Part shown: piece after piece, positions 1 through 11,590 of the stretch
How the letters are laid out: each line of letters starts with the position of its first letter
Numbering within the stretch: position 1 is the stretch's first letter
Assembly (NCBI GenBank): GCA_965240325.2
Contig: OZ251246.1
Location: forward strand, 1,116,001 to 1,180,000
Direction of reading: 5' to 3'
Length of the DNA: 64,000 bases
Source of the DNA: Rebecca billardiae RCC1528
Taxonomy: Eukaryota > Protista > Haptophyta
Program-made: the position numbers and the translations under genes
Notes under the pieces: model-generated
Seen by the model: the letters and a program-made list of their open reading frames with translations, nothing else
The model's database searches: none
What the model was told of the DNA's origin: nothing

Positions 1-668
1 CGTGGGCCCCCGAGCAGCCTGTTCTAGCCACGGACACAGGCGAAGCCCGTATCACTGACCTCGGCGGGACCCGTAGCGTACGCACAGAGCGCTCCCTGCC
101 GCCATGGGGCCGTGTACATCTCGCCCGAATGCTGCCCGCCGTGGCTTCTGTGGCCCCACGGGCTGCCCACGGAGTGCCGCCGACATCCGCGAGTAGGTGC
201 ACACCTCCAAAACAGCCTCGGCGCGCGGTTCAAACGACTGGACGCACGTGTGCACGCCCACCCCCGTACGCTCTGACCATCTGGGCGGCCAGTGGCGCAC
301 AAACCATGCAGCGCATCCACCGCGTCTGCAGATCGCCAGCCGACCCGCACGTGTGCACGCTGGTCCACGGCTGGAGCGTGAGGAGAGACGCGACGAGCTC
401 ATCAGGGGGCGAGCCAGGAGGCCGGCGCACGTGCTTTGACCACCCGGCATGCGCTCCGGACCGTGCTGTACGCGCTCGGCGCGCACGAGCCCCCAATCGG
501 CGTGCGCACGCGGCAGCCATGGCTGTTACGTCGCAGTCCGGCGGTTTCCTGCCGTGCCACCTTAAATCATAGAATGGGTCCGAGCGACCGTTGTCCGTTT
601 GCCGCATCGAGCGACGAGTTGAGAGCGTGTCCAACACGCTGATTGTACGCGGCACGGCCGGCAGCCGC

Positions 669-1109
669 ATGGGTCGAGGGCGGAGCGCACACATCTGCGC
701 CCTTTGCGGCCGCGCATTCAGCAGTGGGCACGCACTCGGGCAGCACACGGACGCCAAGCATAGCAGCTTCTATGATGACGAGGACATGCCCGAAGCACCT
801 GCCGGCCTCGAGGGGAAGGGAGAGTGGCGTAAACGCCATGACTTTCACGGCAAGAAGAGCTTTGGATTCTTCACGTGCACGTGCGGAGCGTACTGGCTCT
901 CAGCCCATGCCTTTACGAACGAGTTCAAACAGATGTGCAAGACATGCCGCAAGTGGTGGCAGCCAGAGCTCATGTGGCACAACTACTCCTCCCACTCCCG
1001 CGACCAGTTCTCCAACCAACAGCGCGGGGGGGAACATCTCAAGCCGCACCATCGAGACAAGTGCGAGGCATGTGCTGCGGGAGTGTGCACGGCCTGTTCT
1101 GCATATTGA
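669..1109 (+). CDS. C2H2 zinc finger + 3CxxC-type (ZAR1/RTP-like) zinc-binding protein
   Basis: CALCGRAFSSGHALGQHTDAKH (C2H2), then FGFFTCTCGAYWLSAHA...KQMCKTC...PHHRDKCEACAAGVC, matching the zf-3CxxC pattern. First in-frame ATG at 669; intronless. Confidence 0.75.
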   Translation: MGRGRSAHICALCGRAFSSGHALGQHTDAKHSSFYDDEDMPEAPAGLEGKGEWRKRHDFHGKKSFGFFTCTCGAYWLSAHAFTNEFKQMCKTCRKWWQPELMWHNYSSHSRDQFSNQQRGGEHLKPHHRDKCEACAAGVCTACSAY

Positions 1110-2636
1110 TGTGGATGGACTACTCTGACATCTCCCGAACCGTAGGCCGCTGCATAAGTCATCCAAGCCCCGCTCGTGTTCGCCTCCGAGCGGACCGTAC
1201 GGGCTGGCCGTTCGTCAGTAACGACGACTTCTCTTGGCTTGACACTGTGCCCGCGACCATTCCTAGTCTCAGTCCACGCAGAAGTCAAGAACTGCGAGTT
1301 CAGTGGTAGTAGGGCCATCAGTCAGACCTATGCCTGTGAATATAGCGCGGCACAGTAGCTAGCTGTTGGCGGCCGCTACAGTAGTAGTCACACATCGTGT
1401 TCGGCTCCGGGGCTGGCGCAGCCTTATGACTATGTCGGCCGCCGGCACGGTGCGCAGGGCGTCCGTTACGAGTCTGGCGCTTGCATGTGGCTATACTACT
1501 ACACCGACACCGTATCATATTCACAGTCTCCGCATACGGCATACGAGCTAAGACCACGAGGTGCACATCACTAGCTGGCCCTTCGGGTTGTGGCTGCCTG
1601 GCGCTGCGAGTACTGTATACATATGTATGCCCGTGCCGACGTGCATCAGCATGCACTCCACGCCACACGTTCAGCGGGCCACGACTCACGTAAGCCACTA
1701 GCCAGGCGGAAGAAAGTAGCCATTCTACGACGAGCCCGACAAGGCCACGCTCCATAGCAGGCGTCATCACTGCATCCACAACGAGGGCAACGATAAAACT
1801 AGGCTACCTGGGCGAATCATGTTATTGTTGTCACCGCGGTGACAACTGACAACTGACTATTGCTGCCGGAGGGGTACGCTTCGGCCAACCAGCGGTAGCC
1901 AGCCTTCTCGCCGCGGTCCGAGAAGGCGTCGCAATTGCGCAGCAGCGACTTGTCGTGCGCCTGCGACGCCACCGATCAGCTCTTGAAGTCGGGGCACCGG
2001 CAGTGGCACGCCGGGACGTAGCCGCGCTCGTAAAAGATCCTCGCAAGTGTGGCGGCGGTCCGCGGTGGAAGCCTGTCTTCGTTCGCCCGAGGCAAACTGA
2101 CACCTTGCTCGCGTTCCTCAGCGCGTGCGTCGGCACGAGGAGGGAACACGACACGAAGACCAACTACTGGTGGAGCGATGCCGTCTTGCACGACCCTTGC
2201 TGCCTGCCGCCTTGCGGCCATCATCCTTGCGGCCCGATGAGCTCGGCTCGGTCGACCTGCCACTGACAGCCACTGCCGCTGGGCGGCCTGGCAAAGGCCG
2301 CCGGCGCCCGGACGGTCCGTCTGGGCGGCAGCGACTGAGGTCTGCAGGTCTGTAGCAGTGAATGAGTGATGGCTAAGGCACGCAACAGCTTAGCCTCCGG
2401 TCCGCCAGCAGCTCGTTGATGGCGGCTTTGATGCGGCTGCGACGACAATAACTCTGATGAAAAATATGTAAGTAGCAGCCTGCTGAATTCATATAGCGCT
2501 CGCGGCATCATATCGTCGCGCGTCACTCGCGAATTATTGACGACATACATCTATTACATGACGACGGTGACGACTCGGGCGGCGCGCAGTGCGGGCCGGG
2601 CCACTGCCCACTCTGACAGACTCCTAAGAATGAAAT

Positions 2637-2799
<163 letters not shown>

Positions 2800-2937
2800 C
2801 GCGATATCAGCAGACATGAGACCATGCACTGCTACTGATGCAGACTGCTGCTAGCAGCTTATGCGTTCGACCAGACTGGCTGCGCTGCCGTAGGCCGGGA
2901 CCTGCGCGGGCGCCCGGCGGCTTCAATAAGACCGTAG

Positions 2938-3810
2938 TCACTCGGGGCCGCAGGCTTCATCACCTGAGCCGTCGTCGCCTAGCAACTCGGCGGGCTCAAA
3001 CGTGCGCCACTGCCCCGTGCGCAAACCGTCGAGCGTGAGCCTGCCCACGCGCACGCGCCGCAGAGCCACCACCTGCACCGGCTGCGCGCGGCCGAGCGCA
3101 GGCAGCAGCTGTGCGCACATGCGCCGCACCTGCCGGTGTCGCCCCTGCGTGAGGACGATGCGCAGGCTCGTGCCATCCGGGCAGTCCTCGCTCCAGCGCA
3201 CGTCGGCGGGGCGGCGCAGCGGGCGCTCGTCGCCCTCCAGCCTCGCGCCATCCCGCGCGAGCGCATCCATCGCCGCGCGCCGCCTGGCCTCCGACCACTC
3301 GCCCACCTCGCGCGAGAGATGCACGATGTACTCCTTCTCGCACGCGCTGGACGGGTGCACGATCGCACGGCAGAGCGTGCCAAGCTGCGAGAAGATGAGC
3401 AGGCCGGACGAGTCCGCGTCGAGCCGGCCGGCCACCGCCAACTTGCGCAGCCGAGGCAGCGCCGGCAGAGCGCGCGCCGGAGGTGGGAACGCGGGCGAGC
3501 GATTGCCCGGCACGAGCAGGTCCTTGGCCAGGCGCTGAGCGCCCGGGTGGCGGTGGCCGAGGGAGGAGTGGAAGCTCACTGGCTTGTGCAGCGCGATGCT
3601 GATGGGTGCGAGTGAGTCGCTGGGGTGCGCCGTCACGTCGAGCGCTGCATCTGCACGCACGCGCCAGCTGACGCCCTCGGGTGCAAACGGCGCGCCGTCG
3701 AGAGTCACGCGGCCCGCGGTGATCAGCGCGACCGCCTCGCGACGCGAGGCCATGCCGCGCCGCGCCATAAGCGCGGCGAGGTGCACCAGCCGATCGCCTC
3801 CGCTGGCCAT
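2938..3810 (-). CDS. S4-domain rRNA pseudouridine synthase (RsuA/RluB/E/F family)
   Basis: S4 domain (RL..LMARRGMASRREAVALITAGRVTLDG), LHKP, catalytic AGRLDADSSGLL, CEKEY, LTQGRHRQVRRM, LRRVRVG. Confidence 0.92.
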   Translation of the reverse strand: MASGGDRLVHLAALMARRGMASRREAVALITAGRVTLDGAPFAPEGVSWRVRADAALDVTAHPSDSLAPISIALHKPVSFHSSLGHRHPGAQRLAKDLLVPGNRSPAFPPPARALPALPRLRKLAVAGRLDADSSGLLIFSQLGTLCRAIVHPSSACEKEYIVHLSREVGEWSEARRRAAMDALARDGARLEGDERPLRRPADVRWSEDCPDGTSLRIVLTQGRHRQVRRMCAQLLPALGRAQPVQVVALRRVRVGRLTLDGLRTGQWRTFEPAELLGDDGSGDEACGPE

Positions 3811-4074
3811 GTAGCGGTGCAGCTCCAACCTTTTGCTACACGCCGTGCGCGCGTGAGGCCGCCATCGTGCCTAGGTTTGCGGCAATGCCGACCGCTGGCG
3901 GCGGCGGGCGGGCATCCGCGCGGCAGATGAGATACAGTATCGGCAGTACGACGGATGACTTGACCGATGGCGGTGCCACGTCTTCACCGCCGCCGGTCCC
4001 GGTCGAGGACTCGATCGGGCCACGGCACACCTGACCCGCACCCATCGCCGTCACCGTCCAAGCGACAGCGCGCC

Positions 4075-4693
4075 TCAGCCGCTGCCACCTTTTGCCGCCG
4101 CGTCGAATGCCGCGACCACCTCGGGCGGCGCCTGCACGAGCTCGAGCAGCACGCCTGCGCCTCCGAGCGGCCGCTCCGCGTTACCCTTCGGGTGGATGAA
4201 GGCGACGTCGTGGCCCGCAGCGCCCTTGCGGATGCCGCCGGGCGTGAAGCGCACGCCTTGCGCCTCGAGGTGCTCCACCGCCGCGTGCAGCGGATCGACC
4301 CAAAGCCCGATGTGGTTGAGGGGAGGCACGTGCACCTTGGGCGCACGCGTGGGGTCGATGGGCTGCATCAGGTCGAGCTCGACGGCGAGCGGGCCGGCGC
4401 CGAGGCGGAGAATGTCCTCGTCTACGTTCTCCTTCTCGCTGCGGAAGTGGTGCACCTTTGGCACGCCGAGGAGCCCTGTGCACGCGATGCGGCGGCCGTG
4501 CGGCACTGCGATCAGCGCGCTGAGTGGCGCTGCCACGCCCGCTGCGCGCGCTCGCGTACGCACCTTGCCACAGCGCGCTCAGGGCCTCTTTGCTCTCGCC
4601 ACCAATCGCCACCTGCTGCAGCCCGAGCACGCGGAACGGCCGCGCAGCCGCCGTGCTGAGCGCGCGCGCGCGCGCGCGGAAGGCCGCCGCCAT
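4075..4693 (-). CDS. VOC/glyoxalase family protein (methylmalonyl-CoA epimerase-like), probably mitochondrial
   Basis: Exons 4693-4564 and 4475-4075 (GT-AG intron 4563-4476). Motifs [49 protein letters not shown]. Arg/Ala-rich presequence. Confidence 0.88.
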
Positions 4694-4932
4694 CTCGGCG
4701 CTCACTCTGGCGCAATCTGAAGCCAGAAACTCGTCCGTTCGTCAGCTGGCCAAGTCCGGGCCGGCGCGCCCGGCGGACTGGATTTGAGATTCCGCGCCCC
4801 GGATTCAATTCGAGCAAGGTGGTTCGTGGTTGCGCGCGCACGCAGCGCGCCGCAGCGGCGCACTGGACCCCGAAGGCGACGAGCTCTGTCGAGCCCGCTT
4901 GGCCCTGGGCGCCCGCGCGTGGCGACGGTCCG

Positions 4933-6498
4933 ATGCGGGCTGCGCTGCTGCTCGCGCTGGCGTGCGCCGCGCCGGCGTGCGGCAACGCCGGCGCCAGGCC
5001 CGCCGGCGCCAGGCCCACGGCCGCCGGCGCCCGCGTCCCCGCCGGCGCGGTCGCGCTCGACTGCGAGATGGTGAAGGTGCGCCAGGGCAGCACGGGCGAG
5101 CGGTTCGCGCTCGGGCACTGCTGCATCATCGACGCGGCGACGGAGGAGGCGCTGTACGACGGGTACGTCCGGCCGGACGCGCCCGTCGTCGACTACCTCA
5201 CGCGCTACTCGGGCCTCACCGAGCCGCTGCTGCGCGACGCGACGCCGTTCGCCGAGGCGCGCGCCGCGATCTGCGACTTGCTCGACGGCCGGCTGATCAT
5301 CGGGCACGGGCTGGACAACGACTTCAAGGCGCTGCGCCTGACGCCCGAGCCGTCGCTCGTCGCGGACACGCGCTTCCTCGCGTGGGGCCCGCGCATCTCG
5401 TACAAGCTGCGCGACCTCGTGTACGACGAGCTCGGGCTGCTGATCCAGGCTGGCAGCCACTGCGCGCACGAGGACGCGCGCGCGGCGCTGCGGCTGTACG
5501 CGCACTGGCTGGCGGTGGGGCCGCAGGCGGCGGCGACGCCGAAGCGGCTGCGCGCCGCGCTGGCCAACGTCTCGCCCGACGAGGTCACGCCGCCGCCGGG
5601 CCAGGCCGCTGCGCCCGGCGGCGACGCGCGTGCGCGCTCGGACGCGCCGCCCGCGCCGCCGCCGGCGCCGTCAGCCGCGCCCACGCGTGTGTGCGGCGTG
5701 CCGCTGCCGCCAGGCGTCGCGGTCCTCGCCGCCGCGCGGCCAGCGGCGCACGCGGACGCGCAGCACGCCATCGACATCGAGTTCGAATGGTCGCGCGCCG
5801 GCGTGCGCGCGCTCGTCAGCTGGGTCGCTGCGGTGGGCAGCGCTCAGGACGGGGTGGCCGCGGCGAGCGGCGCGCCGCCGCCCGGCGCGGACGGCGCGAC
5901 GGGCGTGGAGGTCGTGCTCCCGCCGTCGCTGCACAAGGACGTGCGCAGGCGGCTGCACAGCGCGGCACGGCTCGCGGGCGCGGCGTCCGTCTCCGTCGGC
6001 ACGGGCAGCGCGCGGCACATCCGACTGATGAGCGCGCAGCAGGCCCTGGCGCGCGCGGCGCGCACGCACGCTCTGCACCGCTCGCAGCACTACCCGGCGG
6101 GCGCGGGCGGGGCGGCGGCGCTGGCGAGCGCCGCCGCCACGCGCGCCGCGGCGCGCGGCGGCGCGCGGCGGGAGGGCGGCGGCGGCGGCGGCGTCGGCGC
6201 GCGAGCGCGCCGACGCTCCTCGCGCCGCGCCGCGCCGCGCCCCGCCGCGCCGCGCGCACACGTCTCCGCCGCGTCCGCACTGTACAGGCTCTGTGGCGAG
6301 TCCGGCGGCCGGCTCTGCCGCTACTCGACCACCGAGCTGCTCGAGATGCTCACGAGCGGCCGGCTCGAGCCCGAGGTGGCGAGGCTTGCCGAGGCGGGGG
6401 GCATGTCGCTGCCGCCGCCACTCGGCGCGGCCGCGGCCGCGCCGCCGCCTGTCGGCGCGCCGAGCAAGGCGCCCTCGCTCGGCCAGGGCACGGCGTGA
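4933..6498 (+). CDS. DEDDh 3'-5' RNA exonuclease (REX4/ISG20-like) with R3H domain and N-terminal signal peptide
   Basis: ALDCEMV, YLTRYSG, IIGHGLDNDF, HCAHEDARAA. R3H-like segment LPPSLHKDVRRRLHSAA...SVSVGTGSARHI. Hydrophobic N-terminus MRAALLLALACAAPACG. Possible unresolved intron near 6190-6290. Confidence 0.85.
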   Translation: MRAALLLALACAAPACGNAGARPAGARPTAAGARVPAGAVALDCEMVKVRQGSTGERFALGHCCIIDAATEEALYDGYVRPDAPVVDYLTRYSGLTEPLLRDATPFAEARAAICDLLDGRLIIGHGLDNDFKALRLTPEPSLVADTRFLAWGPRISYKLRDLVYDELGLLIQAGSHCAHEDARAALRLYAHWLAVGPQAAATPKRLRAALANVSPDEVTPPPGQAAAPGGDARARSDAPPAPPPAPSAAPTRVCGVPLPPGVAVLAAARPAAHADAQHAIDIEFEWSRAGVRALVSWVAAVGSAQDGVAAASGAPPPGADGATGVEVVLPPSLHKDVRRRLHSAARLAGAASVSVGTGSARHIRLMSAQQALARAARTHALHRSQHYPAGAGGAAALASAAATRAAARGGARREGGGGGGVGARARRRSSRRAAPRPAAPRAHVSAASALYRLCGESGGRLCRYSTTELLEMLTSGRLEPEVARLAEAGGMSLPPPLGAAAAAPPPVGAPSKAPSLGQGTA

Positions 6499-8469
6499 TC
6501 CATCGCCGGGCAGCGAAAGCGCACGGGCCGATGGCGGGTGCGTGAGCGCCGCGCGCCGCGCGCCGTGCGCCGCGCGCGCGGCCCGGGCGTGCGGTGTGGC
6601 CGAGGACGACACAGCCTTTGCCGAGCGATGAGCAATCCACGCGTGCGGACGAACAAGGCGCCATCCATTTCTCGAGGCCACGGGGAGGGGAAGGGCGCGG
6701 GGAGTGCGACTGTGGGCGATGGCCCTGGGGTGGGCCGCGGCCTGGCTGGCGTACCTGCCGCCGAGCGCGCGCTCACGGATAGCGGCACCCACCGGCACGC
6801 GCGCGCGTGCGGCGGATGTGCGTGTGCAGCCAGTCCGCAGGCGAAGAGTGCCCTGCCCTGCACGTGCAGCTGCCAGCTCGAGCTCCCCGCCCGGTCGCAT
6901 TCGGACTCGTCGCTTTTAGGCTTCATTCACGGTGAGCACGGTCGGGACCAAGTTCCACGGCCCGAGCGCCCGTACGATAGTACGACGGTCCCTGGGCCTG
7001 ACAGACCCTGTTAATCGCATCGATCGGTCCGTGCTTCTAATTCTGAATAATGAATTATTATTAATCATCTGATCACGGCGGACGGTCCGCGCACCGTGGG
7101 CACTGGAGTAGTGGTGAGTGGCACTCGGCATCCGCGCTCCGCCGGCCCGCGGCCGCCGGCGCCGCGGTCCGCCGGGCCGCCGGCCGGCCGAGTCGCCAGT
7201 CGGCGACGGCCTGATCTTGCCGAGTTCGGGTGACGAATTCTGATGAACACAGCTTTAAACAATTTTAATTCGTGACAAAGCCCTGGGAGACCCAGCTCCG
7301 ACCCCCTTTAATTGGGTGTCCAATACTGCTGAGCAAAGTAATACCGGAGTAGCGGAATACGAACAATGGGGCCTCAAACGTTTTTTGATCAGGCACGCCT
7401 CGGGAATCGAGAACGCATGTCGTTACCTTTTTGAGCGTGCGCCATGGGGATGTCGTTGCGATTCCCATCTATTTGTTGACGCTTTTCTACGACCATCCAC
7501 CTGCTCCCTTGACCATCCGCTCCCAAGTTGAGGAACCGCGACGATTGCTTTCGCCAGGACCGCGCCGCGTGCGCTCGCGGCTCGGCACACGACACGATTG
7601 AGTATGACGAACGAGCTCAGCGCGCTGCTGCAGGAGGTGAAGGCCACGCGCGACACGCAGAACGGCGCTCAGCCGGCGTGGCTCGACGACGCTTCCGGCA
7701 CTCGCGCTCGCACTCGCACACAGGCGTAGCCCGAGTGCGTCATCATCACTGCTGATGAACGAATAATAACCGTTGACGGGGGTACCAGCCCATACGACGT
7801 GCAAATTCTGCTCCAGGCGGATCGGACTGCGGAGGCGAAGGCCGCGGAGGAGAGAATGCTTTGGAAAGACTACGACGAAGGTTTTTTTAATGGGGACATG
7901 AGAAGGTTGTGGATGCATGCTGAATCATCATCGCTGGCCTGTCCGCTGACGGGCGAGATCGGTGCGAGATTGAATAATAATAAAGCCTTCGCCGATGTAA
8001 CATCGCCGCAGCTTGTTGTGGGCGGGGGTACCCAGCCCAGCTTTGGAAAGCCGACGAAGGTTTTGTATGGAGAGAAGGTTGTGTGGGTCGTGGATGTGGA
8101 TCTTCTTAACCAACGAAGCGTTGCGATCCTTCCGATTCTGAGTCTCACGACGCCTCAGTATCGCGCCCATTAACGAGCGACGATATAATGAGCACACGCC
8201 AATTAGCCTCTAAGTTGTATTTGGGAGTCAGTCGCCGTTATGTGCATACCATGTGTAGCTTTGATTCGATTCGTCATGCTGCTTCGCGGCGAATTTTACC
8301 CAAAGAGCCAAGCACGTGAAAGCATAGTAATCTGTAGTACCACCCCCGCAGCAGCTGTATGTGTGATGCACCTTCATCGTTGATTTCGGTTCAACAGGTA
8401 AAAACAGGGTAGTAATCTTGCGGGGAATACTCGCCTGCAGAAACGTAGGTCTGTGTTGAATTCGACAGC

Positions 8470-9336
8470 ATGATGAACAGCGCCCCCAGCATCGACGACG
8501 GCGCTGCTGCCGCCGAGCAGTGCGCCGCCCGCTTTGCCGCCAAGGCCAGCGCCATTGCGTCCTCACGCACAAGTGACATGCCACTCTCCCGGGTCAAGCG
8601 AATCGCCAAGGAGCACTCGTGCTTTGACTGCAACAACGTCGCGGCCAACACGCCGCTCGCGATCGCCAAGATGACCGAGCTCTTCGTGCACGACATCACG
8701 CTGCGCGGCTACGCCTCCTCGCGCTCAGACGGGCGGCGGATCCTTCAGAAGAAAGATCTGCAAGAGGCCCTCGAGGCAGACGCCGCGTACGCCTTCCTCG
8801 GCGACATCATCGACGAGACGGGTGCAACCGTCGAGGTGCTCCTGCCGGCGAGCCGCTCCGACACAGAGTCAGAGGGACGCACGAGCCTCTATGACGCCCC
8901 CCAGACGACGGCCACGACGCCGCCGCGACCTTCGTTGAAGCGGCCGCACCCCGAGTCGCCCAGCCACAGTAGGGTCACCGCTCCTGATTCCCCTTGCACC
9001 CCCAGCCGCAGCACGGTGGCTGCCGCCTTCCCGCAACGCGACAAGGCCGGCAGTCATTCGGCGCGCAGGACGCCCTGCTCGCTCGCGCCAGCATTTGCGT
9101 CTGTCGCCGACACCGACGCCGCTATCACAGAGGATTTCGACCTGCTCCTGGACGCCTCGCCCTCGATCAGCGCCGAGAACATGCCGCAGCCTGGTCCAGT
9201 CGCACCCGTCTTCACCATCGACCAAGTTCGCCAGCTGCTCTACATGGAGCGCATGCAAGCAGAGTCGCAGCTGATGAACATGCTTGCGCCCGCGCTCGGC
9301 GAGCAAGGGAGAGTGGCGTCCCCGTCCACCGCGTGA
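8470..9336 (+). CDS. Histone-fold protein, NF-YC/POLE4-like, with disordered C-terminus
   Basis: MPLSRVKRIAK...PLAIAKMTELFVHDITLRGY...RRILQKKDLQEAL...YAFLGDII follows the NF-YC histone-fold pattern; intronless. Confidence 0.8.
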   Translation: MMNSAPSIDDGAAAAEQCAARFAAKASAIASSRTSDMPLSRVKRIAKEHSCFDCNNVAANTPLAIAKMTELFVHDITLRGYASSRSDGRRILQKKDLQEALEADAAYAFLGDIIDETGATVEVLLPASRSDTESEGRTSLYDAPQTTATTPPRPSLKRPHPESPSHSRVTAPDSPCTPSRSTVAAAFPQRDKAGSHSARRTPCSLAPAFASVADTDAAITEDFDLLLDASPSISAENMPQPGPVAPVFTIDQVRQLLYMERMQAESQLMNMLAPALGEQGRVASPSTA

Positions 9337-11590
9337 CCGGAGTCCATACACCATGTACCGTACCGGCGGCCAGCGAGGCGCCGGACACCGCCATCCACAC
9401 GTGACACTGCGCCACGCCGCGTGTCCGATCTGTCTGATGACTGATCTGACCCGCGTCGAGCCGCGGAGCGCCGGCGGAGGCCTGCCGCACTTAATAATCG
9501 ATCTAACTAATATAACTCATAAGTTGCAGCGTTCAACACTCATCTGGCCGGCTAGGATGCGCAGACTGAGAAGCCTGCTGCAGTGCTGACGTGCTGGTGC
9601 GTCGGGCGTGCGGCCACTCTCGGCGCGAGGCTTCGGACGGTTCGGTCGGCACCGTACCGTCATTCTATTTCTATATGATTTAACGACACAGGTAGGACTG
9701 TGTCGTCACTCACTACAGCGCGTTTTATTACTTTATTTATTATAAGTTTAGTAATATTGTACAGTGGCATCAATGCCGCAGCCCAGGGGGTTTGACAGCG
9801 CGCGCGGCGCGCGCACTTAATATAATATATATACTATATATTATAAGAATATATATATTAGTTTACTTAACTACTTATCGACATCCGCAGTCACTAAATA
9901 ATTCACTCACTTGCGTAGGGCGGACATCATCAATCACTTCAATGCACTCGTGGGACGACACCTGTCGGACGTGGACACGACTACACTTACCGACGTACTG
10001 CTGTTACGTCATCGTCTATTAGTATTACTCCGTGCTCGGTCGCTCCGTGTGACAGTGAGTGTGACAGTCTGTGACTGTGTTCGTGTGTACATAGCCAAGT
10101 TTGTCTTTGAGTCATGAGTGTGACGTGGGTGAGCGCCTGAGACCCTGATATATGATAAGTTAGATTAGGCGGCGGGAGCCCGCTTGCGCTACTGACGATG
10201 CCAGCGAACGGGCTGCTGACGAGGCGGCAGTGACACTGCATGCACGGTCCCGCCCGGTCACTCCGGTGCCTGCGATATCAAAGTGCGGACAGCCGCTCTA
10301 TGTAAGTATATGTACTAATCAGAATGTATAGAACGACCTTATTATATATTTAAAAGCTAGTCCGTAGCGGCCCGCCGTTACAGTTATTACTAGTTAGTGG
10401 CGACCACGCGGGTCGCGGCGAGGGCGACGACGGGCATACACGGCGAATGACTTTCACTTATATACGTACGGGGTTGGCCGCGGCCGACCGGGCGGGACGG
10501 CGCGCGGCGGGCCGTGGCCGCCGTGAATGTCATTCGGTCGGACCGCGGGGACGCCCTCTCGCCCGAGCCGCGGACACGCCACCGCGCCTCCTCGCACCCT
10601 GCTAACTTCAGTGATCCGGTGCGGCCCGACACTACTGCGGTGGTTATTTTGCTGCCGAGTAGTCAGACTATGACCAGCTAGGCCGCCGCCAGCCCCCTGA
10701 CGCAGTTACGCACGGTTTTAACAGGAATATAACAGTAGTACGTATAGGACGACGACTTCCTCAACGGCAAGGGCGACTACTCCCTCAACTCGGCAAGGCC
10801 ACTAGGCCGCGCACACCGGCCCGGGCGACCACACCCACTACCTGCACTACGGCATCAACTTGAGCAGCCTCGGTCGGACGACGCGGGCAACTACATGATG
10901 ACCAAGGCCGACGACGACTGCAAAACAGCGGCATCCCCGGGCGCCTACTACCTCAGTGACCATGTGCTCAGCATCGGATACGACGACTCCCTCACCCGCG
11001 GCCAACGCGCTCCGACATCCTCCATTGAACTCCATTCAGTACTTCGACAGACGAATCAGGAGAGCTGCGCCCTCGTGCCTGTGTCTTTAAATCATAGAAT
11101 TTGGTATGTATGCTCCCTCGGCCTCAGCCTTGGTCAGTGGTGCGGCTGCGAAAGTACGAAGTAAGTAGTTAGCAGTACAGTCAAGGGGTTTACAGTCAAG
11201 GGTGGTCCAGAAATACATCAGTTACTGCTATGTTTCAACGTGCACACTTGGTTAAGGCGTGATTGACGCCATCCAACAGGCAACACTGCACAAAGACACC
11301 GCCTGCGCCACAAAACAGACCGGCGCAGGCAGGTGAGGGGCGCGTTGCCGCACCTCATCGAGGCGGCCATTGCAGCAAGCGGCCGCCCCGCGCTCGGAGG
11401 CACGCGCACTGATAGAGCGTTCCCGTGCTCTGAGCGGCCTCGGCATCAACTCCGCACCAAAGGGCTGTATTGTACCAGTACCGTATCCGCACGTCGTCAC
11501 GGCGTCACTCACGGTCAAGGGCTTGTCACGGTGATCACGGCTCACGGCGCTTGGACGACGCGCCGATCTGCGCCCGCCGCCGGCATCATC

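Noticed and set aside
567-1730. TIR element around the zinc-finger gene (TCATAGAATGG / CCATTCTACGA)
   Set aside because: Only 10 of 11 bases match and there is no TSD; insufficient support.
1860-2266. Short Cys-rich ORF
   Set aside because: No recognisable motif or clear start; probably a degraded fragment.
9200-9280. Akirin-like motif (VFTIDQVRQL) at the end of the NF-YC-like protein
   Set aside because: Too short and weak to support homology.
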